Shown: piece by piece, positions 28,131-39,029 of the stretch
How positions within the stretch are numbered: position 1 is the stretch's first letter
How the letters are laid out: each line of letters opens with the position of its first letter
NCBI GenBank assembly: GCA_964458665.1
Contig: CAYWOO010000042.1
Location: forward strand, 2,987-66,986
Origin: an uncultured Dehalococcoidia bacterium
GTDB taxonomy: Bacteria; Chloroflexota; Dehalococcoidia; DSTF01; JACRBR01
DNA: 64,000 nt
Direction: 5' to 3'
Position numbers and translations under genes: made by a program
Notes under the pieces: model-generated
Database searches by the model: none
What the model saw: the letters and a program-made list of their open reading frames with translations, nothing else
What the model was told of the DNA's origin: nothing

Positions 28131-31094
28131 ATGACGAAGAAGTACGTCTACCTGTTCCACGAAGGGCACAAGGACCAGAAGGCGCTGCTCGGCGGCAAAG
28201 GCGCGAACCTCGCCGAGATGACGAACATGGGTCTGCCCGTGCCGCCCGGATTCACCGTCACCACAGAAGCCTGCAACGCCTACACCGAGGCGGGGATGCA
28301 ACTGCCGGCCGGCGTGATGGACGAAGTCAAGGCGGCGCTCGCGACCGTCGAAGAAGCATCGGGCAAGAAGCTCGGCGATGCGACGGCGCCTTTGCTGGTC
28401 TCGGTGCGGAGCGGCGCCAAGTTCTCGATGCCGGGCATGATGGACACGGTGCTCAACCTCGGCCTGAATGCGTCGACGCTGCGCGGCCTGATTGGCGCCA
28501 CGGGCAACGAGCGCTTCGCCTACGACGCGTACCGCCGCTTCATCATGATGTTTTCGGACATCGTGCTCGAGCTTGAGCGCAAGAAGTTCGACGCCATCTT
28601 CAACGACGCCAAAAAGTCCGCCGGCGTCACGGAGGACTCGCACCTGACGCCCGACGCGCTGAAGGGCGTCGTCGAGCGATTCAAGGCGCATGTGAAGTCG
28701 GAGACCGGCAGCGACTTCCCCGATGAGCCGATGCAGCAGCTGGAGCTGGCGATCCGGGCCGTCTTCAACTCCTGGAACAACGAGCGCGCGTTCCAATACC
28801 GCAACATCGAGCACATCCCGCACGACCTCGGCACCGCCGTCAACGTGCAGACGATGGTCTTCGGCAACATGGGCACGGACTCCGGCACCGGCGTCGCGTT
28901 CACGCGCGACTCTTCCACGGGCGAGCGGCGGATCAGCGGCGAGTACCTGATGAACGCGCAGGGTGAGGACGTTGTCGCCGGCATCCGCACACCATCCGAC
29001 GTCGCGCAGCTAGAGAGGGACAACCCGGCGCTCTACAAGCAGTTCGCCGACATCTGCGAGACGCTCGAGAAGCACTACCACGACATGATGGATGTCGAGT
29101 TCACCTTCGAGAAGGGCCGGCTCTACTTCCTGCAGTGCCGCGTCGCCAAGCGCGCCGCCCGCGCCGCCGTCAAGATCGCCGTCGACATGGTGCACGAGGG
29201 GCTGATCACGAAGCAGGAGGCGCTGGGCCGCCTGCCGGCGCAGCGCCTCGACGAGCTGCTGCACCCACAGCTCGACCCGCGCGTCACGACGGTATCGATC
29301 TCTGAGGCGGCCAAGCGGCTCAACGGGGCGTTGGCGTCGAAACCGGCGATGCTCTGGCTCGAAGGCGACGAGTTGAAGACGATTGCCGCGGACACCTGGC
29401 TCGCGATGCCAGCCGACGCGCGCGCGAAGGCGAACGCAGATGCGCTCGCCAGCGGATCGCGCTTCATCGAGATCGCGCGCGGCCTGCCGGCGTCCCCGGG
29501 CGCCGCCTACGGCGCGACCGTGTTCGACTCCGACGAAGCGGCGCGCCGCGGCAAGGCGGGCGAAGCCGTCGTGCTGGTGCGAGAAGAGACGTCGCCGGAC
29601 GACGTGCAGGGCATGCACGAATCGCAGGGCATCCTCACGGAGCGCGGCGGGCTGAGCAGCCACGCCGCGCTTGTAGCCCGCGGCTTCGGAAAGCCGTGTG
29701 TGGCCGGATGCGAGGCGATCTCCGTACTCGAAGACCAGCGCGTGTTCTCGATAGAAGGCGTCACCATCCACGCCGAACAGATGCTCACAATCGACGGGAC
29801 GATCGGACGCGTACTTCTCGGCGCCATCCCGACCGTGCCGCCGGTGATCTTTCCGGAGTTCGAGGAGTATCTGGGATGGGCGGATGAGGTCGCGCGGATG
29901 ACCGTGCGGACGAACGCCGACACGCCGGCCGACGCGGCGAAAGCGATCGAATTCGGAGCGAAGGGCATCGGGCTCTGCCGCACCGAGCACATGTTCCTCC
30001 ACCCCGACCGCTTGCCGGCCGTCCGCGAGATGCTGCTGGCGGCCGCCGACGCGAAGAACATGGAAGCCGAGGCGACGGCCCTGCGCAAGGAGATCGAAAA
30101 CGCCGGCGGCGAGAAGCGGCAGCGCCTTGAGGAACGCCTGACCGAGGTGCTCGGACGGATGGAAGGCCCGATGGGCCACTACGTCGGCGCCTTGGAGAAG
30201 ATCCTGCCGATGCAGCAGGGCGACTTCGAGGGCATCTTCCGCGTCATGGCGGGCAAGCCCGTCACGATCCGTCTTATCGATCCGCCGATGCACGAGTTCC
30301 TGCCGGATCACGACGCGCTGCTCGAAGAGGTGACGCGGCTGCGCATCACTGCCAAAGAATCCTCGGACCTAGTCGCGCTCGCAGCGGCGGAGAAGATGCT
30401 GGCGAACGTCAACGCCATCCGCGAACAGAACCCGATGCTGGGCCTGCGCGGCTGCCGTCTCGGCATCCTCTACCCGGAGATCAACGCCATGCAGGTGCAG
30501 GCGATCTTCCGCGCCGCCGTGAAGCTCGCCGACGAGGGCGTCGAGGTGTTCCCGGAGATCATGATCCCGCTCGTCGGCTTCGAGACAGAACTGACGTTCC
30601 TTCGCACGCTGCTCGAGACGACGGCGCGCAAGGAGATGGAGTCATCGGGCAAGCAGGTGGCGTACCAGTTCGGCACGATGATCGAGCTGCCGCGCGCGGC
30701 GCTCACCGCGGGCGAGATCGCCAAGACGGCGGAGTTCTTCTCCTTCGGCACGAACGACCTGACGCAGACCACGCTGGGCTGCAGCCGCGACGACGCCGAG
30801 GGCAAGTTCCTCAGCAAGTACATGGAGATGGGGATCCTCATCGGCAACCCGTTCGAGTCCATCGATCAGGTCGGCGTCGGTTCGCTGATGAAGATGGCGA
30901 TCGCCGCCGGCCGCGCGACGCGTCCCGGCCTCAAGCTCGGCGTCTGCGGCGAGCACGGCGGCGAGCCGATCTCGGTCGAGTTCTTCCACAACATCGGCCT
31001 CGACTACGTAAGCTGCTCCCCGTTCCGCGTACCCATCGCCCGCCTCGCCGCCGCCCAAGCAGCGCTGGGCGCCGGCACGGAGCGCGACCGCTAG
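28131..31094 (+). CDS. ppdK: Pyruvate, phosphate dikinase
   Basis: MTKKYVYLF..GGKGANLAEM, phosphohistidine TERGGLSSHAALVARG, PEP/pyruvate domain GLCRTEHMF, FFSFGTNDLTQ, CGEHGG. At 987 aa it is longer than the ~875-aa enzymes I remember. Confidence 0.93.
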   Translation: MTKKYVYLFHEGHKDQKALLGGKGANLAEMTNMGLPVPPGFTVTTEACNAYTEAGMQLPAGVMDEVKAALATVEEASGKKLGDATAPLLVSVRSGAKFSMPGMMDTVLNLGLNASTLRGLIGATGNERFAYDAYRRFIMMFSDIVLELERKKFDAIFNDAKKSAGVTEDSHLTPDALKGVVERFKAHVKSETGSDFPDEPMQQLELAIRAVFNSWNNERAFQYRNIEHIPHDLGTAVNVQTMVFGNMGTDSGTGVAFTRDSSTGERRISGEYLMNAQGEDVVAGIRTPSDVAQLERDNPALYKQFADICETLEKHYHDMMDVEFTFEKGRLYFLQCRVAKRAARAAVKIAVDMVHEGLITKQEALGRLPAQRLDELLHPQLDPRVTTVSISEAAKRLNGALASKPAMLWLEGDELKTIAADTWLAMPADARAKANADALASGSRFIEIARGLPASPGAAYGATVFDSDEAARRGKAGEAVVLVREETSPDDVQGMHESQGILTERGGLSSHAALVARGFGKPCVAGCEAISVLEDQRVFSIEGVTIHAEQMLTIDGTIGRVLLGAIPTVPPVIFPEFEEYLGWADEVARMTVRTNADTPADAAKAIEFGAKGIGLCRTEHMFLHPDRLPAVREMLLAAADAKNMEAEATALRKEIENAGGEKRQRLEERLTEVLGRMEGPMGHYVGALEKILPMQQGDFEGIFRVMAGKPVTIRLIDPPMHEFLPDHDALLEEVTRLRITAKESSDLVALAAAEKMLANVNAIREQNPMLGLRGCRLGILYPEINAMQVQAIFRAAVKLADEGVEVFPEIMIPLVGFETELTFLRTLLETTARKEMESSGKQVAYQFGTMIELPRAALTAGEIAKTAEFFSFGTNDLTQTTLGCSRDDAEGKFLSKYMEMGILIGNPFESIDQVGVGSLMKMAIAAGRATRPGLKLGVCGEHGGEPISVEFFHNIGLDYVSCSPFRVPIARLAAAQAALGAGTERDR

Positions 31095-31099
31095 ACCGT

Positions 31100-31124
31100 C
31101 CCCGATTCACCGACGAGATCGGGG
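31100..31124 (+). terminator. Hairpin after ppdK
   Basis: CCCCGAT-11 nt-ATCGGGG, 6 nt after the stop, followed by CTTGGCTCT. Confidence 0.45.
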
Positions 31125-31348
31125 CTTGGCTCTCGAATGCATGGGGTACAACAGGCTGCGCCTCTACAACCCTGCACTGTTGCTGCCGACCCAACTTTGC
31201 ATTTGCTACGAAGCTGCTAAAAGGTCCGTCGGCGCCGTAGGCCAGCTTCGGCGCGTGTTTGATACTGTGCGCAATGCGCGGCTAGAGTACGCAAGGATAA
31301 TGACGAGCGCCGTGAATGCGGCGGCAGATGCAACGAAATGAGGCAGAG

Positions 31349-32149
31349 ATGGACAACGACGACGTGATGATTGGCCGGCTGCTCAGCCGGCGCGAAGTGC
31401 TGGCGCTGTTCGGAGTGGCGGGAGCGGCGCTCGTCGTCGGCTGCTCGTCGGACGGCAAATCGACGGCGACTGCAACACCTGCGTCCTCGACTTCGCAGAT
31501 GAGCGTCGCGACGAAGGCAGCGGCAACGCAAGCATCGGCGACCTCGGGATCAGCATCAGCGCCCTCGTGCATCGTGCGGCCCGAGATGACGGAGGGCCCG
31601 TACTTCGTGGACGAGAAGCTGAATCGCTCCGACATCCGCATCGAACCGTCGGACAACAGCATCACGGCAGGTGCGCCCATCGCACTCGCGTTCAACGTGT
31701 CCCAGGTCGGCTCGGCGGGCGCGTGCACGGCGCTCGCGGACGTAACGGTCGACGTCTGGCACTGCGATGCGCTGGGCGTCTACTCCGACGTGTCCGATCC
31801 AGAATTCACAACGACGGGCAAGAAGTTCCTGCGCGGCTACCAGACGACGGACGCAAATGGCCGCGTGACGTTCACGACGATCTATCCGGGCTGGTACCAG
31901 GGCCGGACGGCCCACATCCACTTCAAGATCCGCACGTCGGCCGGACACGAGTTCACGTCGCAGCTCTTCTTCGATGACAGCCTGACAGATGTCGTGCACG
32001 CGAAGGCGCCCTACGCCTCGAAGGGAAAGCGAACGCTGCGCAACGCCGGCGACAACATCTACACAAGCGGCGGCGACCAGCTCCTGCTGGCGATGACACC
32101 GAGTGGCGACGGATACACGACGACGTTCGACATTGGGCTCCAGGTCTAG
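31349..32149 (+). CDS. Intradiol ring-cleavage dioxygenase-like protein; Tat signal and lipobox
   Basis: Twin-arginine SRREVL with a VVGCSS lipobox. Dioxygenase blocks TEGPYF, VDVWHCDALGVYS, RGYQTTDANG, YPGWYQGRTAHIHFKI. The start (31349 or 31316) is uncertain. Confidence 0.75.
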   Translation: MDNDDVMIGRLLSRREVLALFGVAGAALVVGCSSDGKSTATATPASSTSQMSVATKAAATQASATSGSASAPSCIVRPEMTEGPYFVDEKLNRSDIRIEPSDNSITAGAPIALAFNVSQVGSAGACTALADVTVDVWHCDALGVYSDVSDPEFTTTGKKFLRGYQTTDANGRVTFTTIYPGWYQGRTAHIHFKIRTSAGHEFTSQLFFDDSLTDVVHAKAPYASKGKRTLRNAGDNIYTSGGDQLLLAMTPSGDGYTTTFDIGLQV

Positions 32150-32240
32150 GCCGCCCGGTACAAAACCGCGCGCGCGTGGCGCGTCGTATCATGCTGGGGA
32201 GAGGCGCTAACCTGGAACCGCCATCACGAAGGACTCCCGC

Positions 32241-33476
32241 ATGAGACTGCCCGCCGCCGTGCTGAGTATCGTCTTGATCACGATCGCTACCGTCGCGTGC
32301 GGTGGTGGCAACAGCAGCACCAAAACTCCGAGCGCCGTCGCGGGAAAGACGGCTTCCGCATCCACCCTCGCGGCCGCATCACCCCGCGCTTCGGCCGGAA
32401 CACCGGTCGCGGACGCCTACACCGCGCAGCCGGCGTTGCCAGAGCTGGACTTCGGCGTCTCGATCGGCCTGCTTCCGATACCGGGCGACGATGGCTTCGC
32501 GTACCTGATCACGAAAGATGGCATGGTGCGCCGCGTCAGCATGACGGACGGCGGCGCGACACATGATGTTGTGCTCAACCTGAGTTCGCGATTGATCGAA
32601 AAGCCGGGCCAGGAGGAAGGGCTGCTGGGACTGGCCTTCGCCCCCGACTTCGCGACAAGCCGGCGGATCTACGTGAACTACACAGCAGGGCCGCCGCGCC
32701 AGGACACTGTATCGCGCTTCGTCGTTGCGGCGAACGGCGCCACCGGCGTGGCGAGCGAGGAGATTCTCCTCCAAATCGACGACCCGTACTCGAACCACAA
32801 CGGCGGCGGTATGGAGTTCGGTCCGGACGGGATGCTCTACATCGGCTTCGGCGACGGCGGCTCGGCAGGCGACCCGAAGGGCAGCGGTCAGGACAAGAAT
32901 GCCCTCCTGGGCAAGCTGCTTCGCATCGATGTATCGGGGGCGTCCGGCTACGTGGTGCCACCCGACAATCCGTTCGTCAGCGCTTCGAGCGGCGGGCGCG
33001 GCGAGGTCTGGGCGTACGGGCTGCGCAACCCGTGGCGGTTCGACTTCGATTCGGCGACCGGGCGCCTGTGGCTCTCGGACGTGGGACAAGGGACGTGGGA
33101 GGAAGTCGACCTCATCGTCGCCGGTGGCAACTACGGCTGGAACACCATGGAGGGCCCGGTCTGTTACAAATCGGGCAGCGGCTGCAACCAGGACGGCCTG
33201 ATTTTGCCGCGGGCGTCCTATTCGCACGATGGTGGCAGCTGTTCGATCACGGGCGGCTACGTCTATCACGGCACGTCGATGCCGGAGCTGGACGGATGGT
33301 ACGTGTACGGCGACTTCTGCTCCAAGAAGGTGTGGGCGCTGAACACGGCTGACGCCAGCGACCCCGTGCTGCTGACGACGAGCGTCACCGGCATCACAGC
33401 GTTCGGGAAGGACGTCGATGGCGAGATCTACATCCTCGGAATCGATGGCGCGCCGCTCAAGTTGGTACGGAAGTAG
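32241..33476 (+). CDS. PQQ-dependent sugar dehydrogenase (soluble glucose/sorbosone dehydrogenase-like) lipoprotein
   Basis: Lipobox TVACGG. Beta-propeller blocks HNGGGMEFGPDGMLY, GDGGSAGDP, GKLLRID, NPWRFDFD, GNYGW. Confidence 0.85.
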   Translation: MRLPAAVLSIVLITIATVACGGGNSSTKTPSAVAGKTASASTLAAASPRASAGTPVADAYTAQPALPELDFGVSIGLLPIPGDDGFAYLITKDGMVRRVSMTDGGATHDVVLNLSSRLIEKPGQEEGLLGLAFAPDFATSRRIYVNYTAGPPRQDTVSRFVVAANGATGVASEEILLQIDDPYSNHNGGGMEFGPDGMLYIGFGDGGSAGDPKGSGQDKNALLGKLLRIDVSGASGYVVPPDNPFVSASSGGRGEVWAYGLRNPWRFDFDSATGRLWLSDVGQGTWEEVDLIVAGGNYGWNTMEGPVCYKSGSGCNQDGLILPRASYSHDGGSCSITGGYVYHGTSMPELDGWYVYGDFCSKKVWALNTADASDPVLLTTSVTGITAFGKDVDGEIYILGIDGAPLKLVRK

Positions 33477-33510
33477 GAAACGAGAGACGGAACGCGAGAC
33501 GCGGGAACGG
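33476..33510. repeat. Heptanucleotide tandem array (GGAAACG AGAGACG GAACGCG AGACGCG GGAACGG)
   Basis: It begins on the last base of the TAG stop of the dehydrogenase gene. The units are roughly the reverse complement of those in the 16708 array. Confidence 0.8.
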
Positions 33511-33580
33511 CCGCCTGGGCATGATATCTCGTGGACGGCCGTCGCTTGCCCCTTCGATCCAGGATTCATAAGCTCGCTAC

Positions 33581-34407
33581 GTGAATTCAGAGGCAGAGAT
33601 CGAGCGGGCGACGAAGACGATGCTTGCGTCGCGGTATGTAATCGCGCTCGTCGGGGCCGGGATCAGCGTCGAGAGCGGCATACCACCGTTTCGCGGCAAA
33701 GGCGGCCTGTGGACGAAGCACGGCGAGCCGGCGATGGACGGCTACGAACGATTCCTCGCGGATCCGGCAGCGCACTGGCGCCAGATGCTCGCGCGACGGG
33801 CGTCTGACGATGAGTTCTCGCAGGCACTGCGGGAGGCGCGTCCGAACGCGGCGCACGTCGCCCTCGCGCGCCTGGAGTCGATGGGCGTGCTGCGGCACAC
33901 CATCTCACAGAACATCGACAACCTCCATTTCGAGGCCGGAAGTATCGCCGTCACGGAGATCCACGGCAACCGGACGAAGGTTCGCTGCATTGACTGCGGC
34001 GCGCGATGGCTGTGGAGTGACTTTATTGCTGAGCACCCTGCGTTGACGCCCGACGCCGGCGGAGCGCCCACGTGCGCCCAGTGCGGCGGCGTCGTGAAGG
34101 GAGATACCGTGATGTTCGGGGAGCCGATCCGCGTGCGTTCCTGGCTGAATGCCAGTCGCAGGCCGAGCTGGCGGACTGTGTGCTGATCGCCGGCACGTCG
34201 GCGACGGTCTACCCGGCGGCCGCTTTTCCGGAGATGGTGCTGCGAGCCGGTGGCACCATCGTTGAGGTGAACACAGACGAGACTCCGTTCAGCCGTTACG
34301 CAGCGGCCACGCTGCGGGGGCCAGCGGGCACGATGCTTCCCGCGCTTATCGAGGCGTTGGAGGCGATGTTGGAAACCAGAGGCATCGGGAAGGGGAATCC
34401 AGGATGA
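33581..34407 (+). pseudogene. cobB: Sir2-family NAD-dependent protein deacylase interrupted by a single-base frameshift near 34127-34131
   Basis: Frame A carries GAGISVESGIPPFRG, QNIDNLH and the zinc Cys pairs up to VMFGEPI. Frame B continues with PRAFLAECQSQAELADCVLIAGTSATVYPAA. Restoring one C in ATCC(C)G joins the two frames. Confidence 0.75.
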
Positions 34408-35807
34408 CAGCCGCCACGGATCTTTGCATGCTTTCGCTCGAAGAGATCGCGCACCAGATCGCGTTCAGGGAAGTGTCGCCCGTCGAAGTGACGCAGGCGG
34501 TGCTCGATCGCATCGAGCGCCTCAACCCAACGCTCAACGCATTCATGACGGTGACCGGCGACGCTGCCCTCAAGGCAGCGCGCGGGGCCGAACAGGAGAT
34601 CGCCGGCGGCGGGTATCGAGGGCTGCTCCACGGCGTGCCGATCGGCATCAAGGATCTCTTCGCGACGAAGGGCGTGCGAACAACGGCGGGGTCGAAGATT
34701 CTGGCGGACTGGGTGCCGGACTTCGACGCAACGGTCGTACGCAAACTCCACGAAGCCGGTGCGATCAGCGTAGGCAAGTTGGGGATGCATGAGTGGGCCT
34801 TCGGCACCACGTCCGACAACGTACATTACGGCGCAATCCACAATCCGTGGGACATCGATCGCGTTCCGGGCGGATCATCCGGAGGATCGGGCGTGGCAGC
34901 GGCCGCGGGCCTGGCCTTCGCGACGCTCGGCAGCGACACAGGCGGCAGCATCCGCATGCCGGCGGCGGCGTGCGGCTGCGTCGGGCTGATGCCCACGTAC
35001 GGCCGCGCGAGCCTCTACGGCGCGGTGCCGCTCTCGTGGTCGCTGGACCACCCGGGCCCGCTGACGCGCACCGTGCGCGACGCCGCGATCGTGCTGCAAG
35101 CGATCAGCGGTTACGACCCGCTGGACCCAACTACCGAAGACGTGTCCGTCCCTGATCTGCTCGAGGACATCGAACGCGGCCCGAAGGGGCTACGGATCGG
35201 CGTGCCCAAGCAGTACTTCTGGGGCAACGTCGAGCCGGAAGTACTCACCCTCGTGCGAAAGGCGCTCAGCGACCTGGAAGCGGCTGGAGCGATCGTGCGC
35301 GAGGTCGAGTGGCCGCGCGTGCTGGAGTACAACGCCGCGTTCATCGCGGTGATGTTCGCGGAAGCAGCGGCGTACCACGCGCCGAACTTTCCCTCACGAC
35401 GAGGCGAGTACGGACCGCAGGTCGCGGCGCTGCTGCTCAACATCGGCCTGACCATCACGGGTGTCCAGCTCGCCAGCGCCACCCGGCTCATGCAGGAAGA
35501 GCGCCGCGGCGGAGCCGATGCGGTGCTGGCCGGCGTGGACGTGCTTGCCGTGCCGACGATGCCGGGCGTAGCACCGACGATCGCCGCGTCACGAGCACAA
35601 GATCCGAGCGCGCGCATGGCGTCGCTCACAAGCCCGTTCGACTTCAGTGGCCAACCCGCGATCAGCGTGCCATGCGGGCTGACGTCTGCGGGCCTGCCCG
35701 CGAGCGTCACGTTCGCTGGCCGCCGCTGGGACGAGCCCTCGGCGTTGTGGGCGGCCCGAGCCCACGAGCAGGTACGCGGCGGGTTCCCGGCGCCGCCGGT
35801 GGGGTGA
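34404..35807 (+). CDS. Amidase-signature family amidase (GatA-like)
   Basis: GVPIGIKDLF (catalytic Lys) and the GGSSGGSGVAAAAG signature. The ATG overlaps the Sir2 stop (ATGA). Confidence 0.88.
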   Translation: MTAATDLCMLSLEEIAHQIAFREVSPVEVTQAVLDRIERLNPTLNAFMTVTGDAALKAARGAEQEIAGGGYRGLLHGVPIGIKDLFATKGVRTTAGSKILADWVPDFDATVVRKLHEAGAISVGKLGMHEWAFGTTSDNVHYGAIHNPWDIDRVPGGSSGGSGVAAAAGLAFATLGSDTGGSIRMPAAACGCVGLMPTYGRASLYGAVPLSWSLDHPGPLTRTVRDAAIVLQAISGYDPLDPTTEDVSVPDLLEDIERGPKGLRIGVPKQYFWGNVEPEVLTLVRKALSDLEAAGAIVREVEWPRVLEYNAAFIAVMFAEAAAYHAPNFPSRRGEYGPQVAALLLNIGLTITGVQLASATRLMQEERRGGADAVLAGVDVLAVPTMPGVAPTIAASRAQDPSARMASLTSPFDFSGQPAISVPCGLTSAGLPASVTFAGRRWDEPSALWAARAHEQVRGGFPAPPVG

Positions 35808-35921
35808 CGGGACTACAGCCCACGGCCCGTAGGGATCGCACTGATTGTTTGGACGCTGACGATCTGCGGCCGTGCGCCCCGTTAATTCTTGGCAGTGAGT
35901 TCGCCGTTCAGCTCGCCACGA

Positions 35922-36734
35922 CTAGACCGCTTTCGCTGTGACGAACTGCGGGGCGAAGCTGAGATGGAGCTGGCCGTCTGCGCCGCGAAACGACGTGGCG
36001 AACGCCTGTAATTCCTGCCAGGCCTGCTCGGTTCGCGCTTCGCCAAGCCGGAGGCCGGTGACCATGTCACGCTGATAGAGGCTGCCTTCGGGCATCGTCA
36101 CGTCGAATGTCTCAGGACGGCACGTTACGGATGCGAATCCCGCCGATTCGAGAGTCGAGCGCACATAGTCGACATCGCCGAACGCGAATGGGCCCGGCGG
36201 CGGCCCACTATGCGCCGTGGGCTGCGGAGGCGGCAAGTACTTCGCGAGTACCGCGCCCTGGTACCACGTGTTGAGCGCAGCGGGCTGCCAGCAGGCGAAC
36301 GCGACCCGAGCGCCGGCCTTCAAGTGGTTGCGGATGTTCTTGAATGCGGCGAACGGATCGGCGAAGAACATCACCCCGAACTGACTCTCCAACGCATCGA
36401 ACGGTCCACCGGCGATTGCATCGGTCTGCGCGTCGCCGACAGTGAACGTGACGTTCTCGACACCGGCATCACGTGCGCGCCCGGTGGCGAGCTGCGTGAG
36501 CGGCTCCGAGATGTCGAACCCGGCGACGCTGCCGGCGAGGCCGACAGCGCGCGCCGCTTCGATCGCGAGCAGGCCGCCACCGCAGCCGACGTCGAGCACG
36601 CGCTCCCCCGGCCGCAGCGCGAGCAGATCGAGCAGCGGCGCCGTCGTCAGCGTGGTGATGCTCTCCCCACGACGCGGCCACGACGCCGCGAGCCCCGGCT
36701 CGTTCCAGCGCTGGCGCTCTCGTTCGTTCGTCAT
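35922..36734 (-). CDS. Class I SAM-dependent methyltransferase
   Basis: Motif I VLDVGCGGG. Confidence 0.8.
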   Translation of the reverse strand: MTNERERQRWNEPGLAASWPRRGESITTLTTAPLLDLLALRPGERVLDVGCGGGLLAIEAARAVGLAGSVAGFDISEPLTQLATGRARDAGVENVTFTVGDAQTDAIAGGPFDALESQFGVMFFADPFAAFKNIRNHLKAGARVAFACWQPAALNTWYQGAVLAKYLPPPQPTAHSGPPPGPFAFGDVDYVRSTLESAGFASVTCRPETFDVTMPEGSLYQRDMVTGLRLGEARTEQAWQELQAFATSFRGADGQLHLSFAPQFVTAKAV

Positions 36735-36817
36735 CGTGCACGCTCCATTCTGCCATGAGGTAAGGGCTGCGCCAGCAGTCTACTGTGCGGCGCGGGCCGA
36801 AGGAGATGGGACGAAGA

Positions 36818-38896
36818 TCAGCGTCCGCGTACGGGAGCGCGGCGTTGGTGACGGCCGGGACGCGGCCGCGGCTGCGAGCCGAGCGATCCATACGACGACT
36901 GCGCGAACTCGTGCAGCGCCGACTGGTCGTCGATCATTGCCTTCCGCAGTTCGACGACTTGATCGCGTAGCAGCGCGGCCTTCTCGAACTCGAGCGACTT
37001 GGCTGCCGTCTTCATCTGCGCTTCGAGCTCGCGTACCAGGCGCGCCATCTCGTCCTTCGGCAGTTTCTTCACGTCGTATCCGACGCGCTCGTCGGCGACC
37101 TTCTTGATCTGGTCGGTGATATCGCGGATCGCCTTCGTGATGCCTTCCGGCGAGATGCCGTGCTCGTCGTTGTACGAACGCTGGATGACGCGGCGGCGCT
37201 CCGTCTCTTCGAGGGCGAAGCGCATCGACGCCGTAACGTTGTCGGCGTACATGATGACGTGTCCGTCGACGTGGCGCGCGGCGCGACCGATCGTCTGCAC
37301 GAGCGAGCCACCGGAGCGCAAGTAGCCCTCCTTGTCGGCATCGAGGATGCAGACGAGGCTGACCTCCGGCAAATCGAGCCCTTCACGCAACAGGTTGATG
37401 CCAACGACCACGTCGTACACGCCGAGACGGAGGTCGCGCAGAATCTCGACGCGCTCCATCGTGTCGACCTCGCTGTGGAGATAGTGCGTGCGCACGCCCA
37501 TCTCCTGCAGGTAGTCGGCGAGATCTTCGGCCATGCGCTTCGTGAGCGTCGTGACGAGCGTGCGCTCACCGCGCCCGATGCGCTGCTGCACCTGGTCGAG
37601 CAGGTCATCGATTTGACCGCGCGTCGGCTTCACTTCGATCACCGGATCGAGCAAGCCCGTCGGCCGGATCACCTGCTCGACGATCTGCGAGCTGACGGCG
37701 AGTTCGTGCGGCCCCGGCGTCGCGGAGACGAAGACCACCTGGTTCAGGTGATGCTCGAACTCCTCGAAGTTCAGCGGCCGGTTATCCATGGCCGACGGCA
37801 GGCGGAAGCCGAACTCGACGAGGGTCTGCTTGCGGGCGCGGTCGCCGTGGTACATGCCGCGCACCTGCGGCACCGAGATGTGCGACTCGTCGATGAACAT
37901 CAGGAAGTCGTCGGGGAAGTAGTCCAGCAGCGTCCACGGCGTGCTGCCGGCCGCGCGTCGCGCCAAATGGCGGCTGTAGTTCTCGATGCCGGCGCAGTAC
38001 CCCGCTTCGCGCAGGGTCTCGATATCGTAGTTCGTGCGCTCCTCGAGACGCGCCGCTTCGAGGATGCGGCCGCTCGCGCGGAACTCCTGCACGCGCTCGC
38101 GCATCTCGATACCGATGTCCTCGATCGCGGCGTCGAGCTTGTCGTGCGATGTCACGAAGTGCTTCGCCGGGTAGATGTCCACGAAGTCGCGGTCGGCGAG
38201 CAGCTCACCCGTCAACGGATCGATCTCGATGATGCGCTCGACCTCGTCGCCGAAGAAGTCGATGCGCACGGCCAGCTCCTCGTACGAGGGCTGGATCGTG
38301 ATGCTGTCGCCGCGCATGCGGAATTTGCCGCGGATGAGGTTCATGTCGTTGCGCTCGTACTGCATATCGACGAGCCGGCGCATGATGCGGGAGCGGTCGA
38401 AGCGCTCGCCTTTCTTCACGTTGACGACGAAGCTCTGGTACTCCTCCGGCTCGCCCAGACCGTAGATGCACGACACGGACGCCACGATCAGCACATCGCG
38501 GCGCTCGAACAGCGCGCGCGTGGCCGCATGCCGGAGCTTGTCGATCTCCTGGTTGATGTCGGCGTCCTTGGCGATGTACGTGTCCGTGCGGGGGATGTAC
38601 GCCTCCGGCTGGTAGTAGTCGTAGTACGAGACGAAGTACTCGACCGAGTTCTCCGGGAAGAACTCCTTGAACTCGGAACAAAGCTGCGCCGCGAGCGTGC
38701 GATTCGGCGCCAGGACGAGCGTCGGGCGCTGATATCGCGCGACCAGGTTCGCCATCGTGAACGTCTTGCCGCTGCCCGTCACGCCCATCAGCGTCTGCGA
38801 GCGATCGCCACGCTCCAGGCCGGAGACCAACGACTCGATCGCCGTCGGCTGGTCGCCGGTGGGCTGAAAGTCGGAAACAAGCTTGAAGTCGGGCAT
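36818..38896 (-). CDS. uvrB: Excinuclease ABC subunit B
   Basis: [29 protein letters not shown], helicase motifs, and a C-terminal UVR domain ([13 protein letters not shown]). Confidence 0.96.
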   Translation of the reverse strand: MPDFKLVSDFQPTGDQPTAIESLVSGLERGDRSQTLMGVTGSGKTFTMANLVARYQRPTLVLAPNRTLAAQLCSEFKEFFPENSVEYFVSYYDYYQPEAYIPRTDTYIAKDADINQEIDKLRHAATRALFERRDVLIVASVSCIYGLGEPEEYQSFVVNVKKGERFDRSRIMRRLVDMQYERNDMNLIRGKFRMRGDSITIQPSYEELAVRIDFFGDEVERIIEIDPLTGELLADRDFVDIYPAKHFVTSHDKLDAAIEDIGIEMRERVQEFRASGRILEAARLEERTNYDIETLREAGYCAGIENYSRHLARRAAGSTPWTLLDYFPDDFLMFIDESHISVPQVRGMYHGDRARKQTLVEFGFRLPSAMDNRPLNFEEFEHHLNQVVFVSATPGPHELAVSSQIVEQVIRPTGLLDPVIEVKPTRGQIDDLLDQVQQRIGRGERTLVTTLTKRMAEDLADYLQEMGVRTHYLHSEVDTMERVEILRDLRLGVYDVVVGINLLREGLDLPEVSLVCILDADKEGYLRSGGSLVQTIGRAARHVDGHVIMYADNVTASMRFALEETERRRVIQRSYNDEHGISPEGITKAIRDITDQIKKVADERVGYDVKKLPKDEMARLVRELEAQMKTAAKSLEFEKAALLRDQVVELRKAMIDDQSALHEFAQSSYGSLGSQPRPRPGRHQRRAPVRGR

Positions 38897-39029
38897 CAGT
38901 TGGTGGCCTGGCGACTGGTCGCTGGTGATGGGTTGGGCGGCTTGGTGCTGTTCAGGATATCAGAGCGAGTACAGCGCAAGAGGCGGCTGCTGACGCGTTC
39001 TGGCGGGAGTGATCGGAGTGGGACGACAA

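Noticed and set aside
34124-34132. Programmed -1 ribosomal frameshifting as an explanation for the split Sir2 gene.
   Set aside because: There is no X-XXY-YYZ slippery heptamer at G-CCG-ATC-CGC and no obvious downstream stimulatory structure. A 1-nt deletion or sequencing error is simpler.
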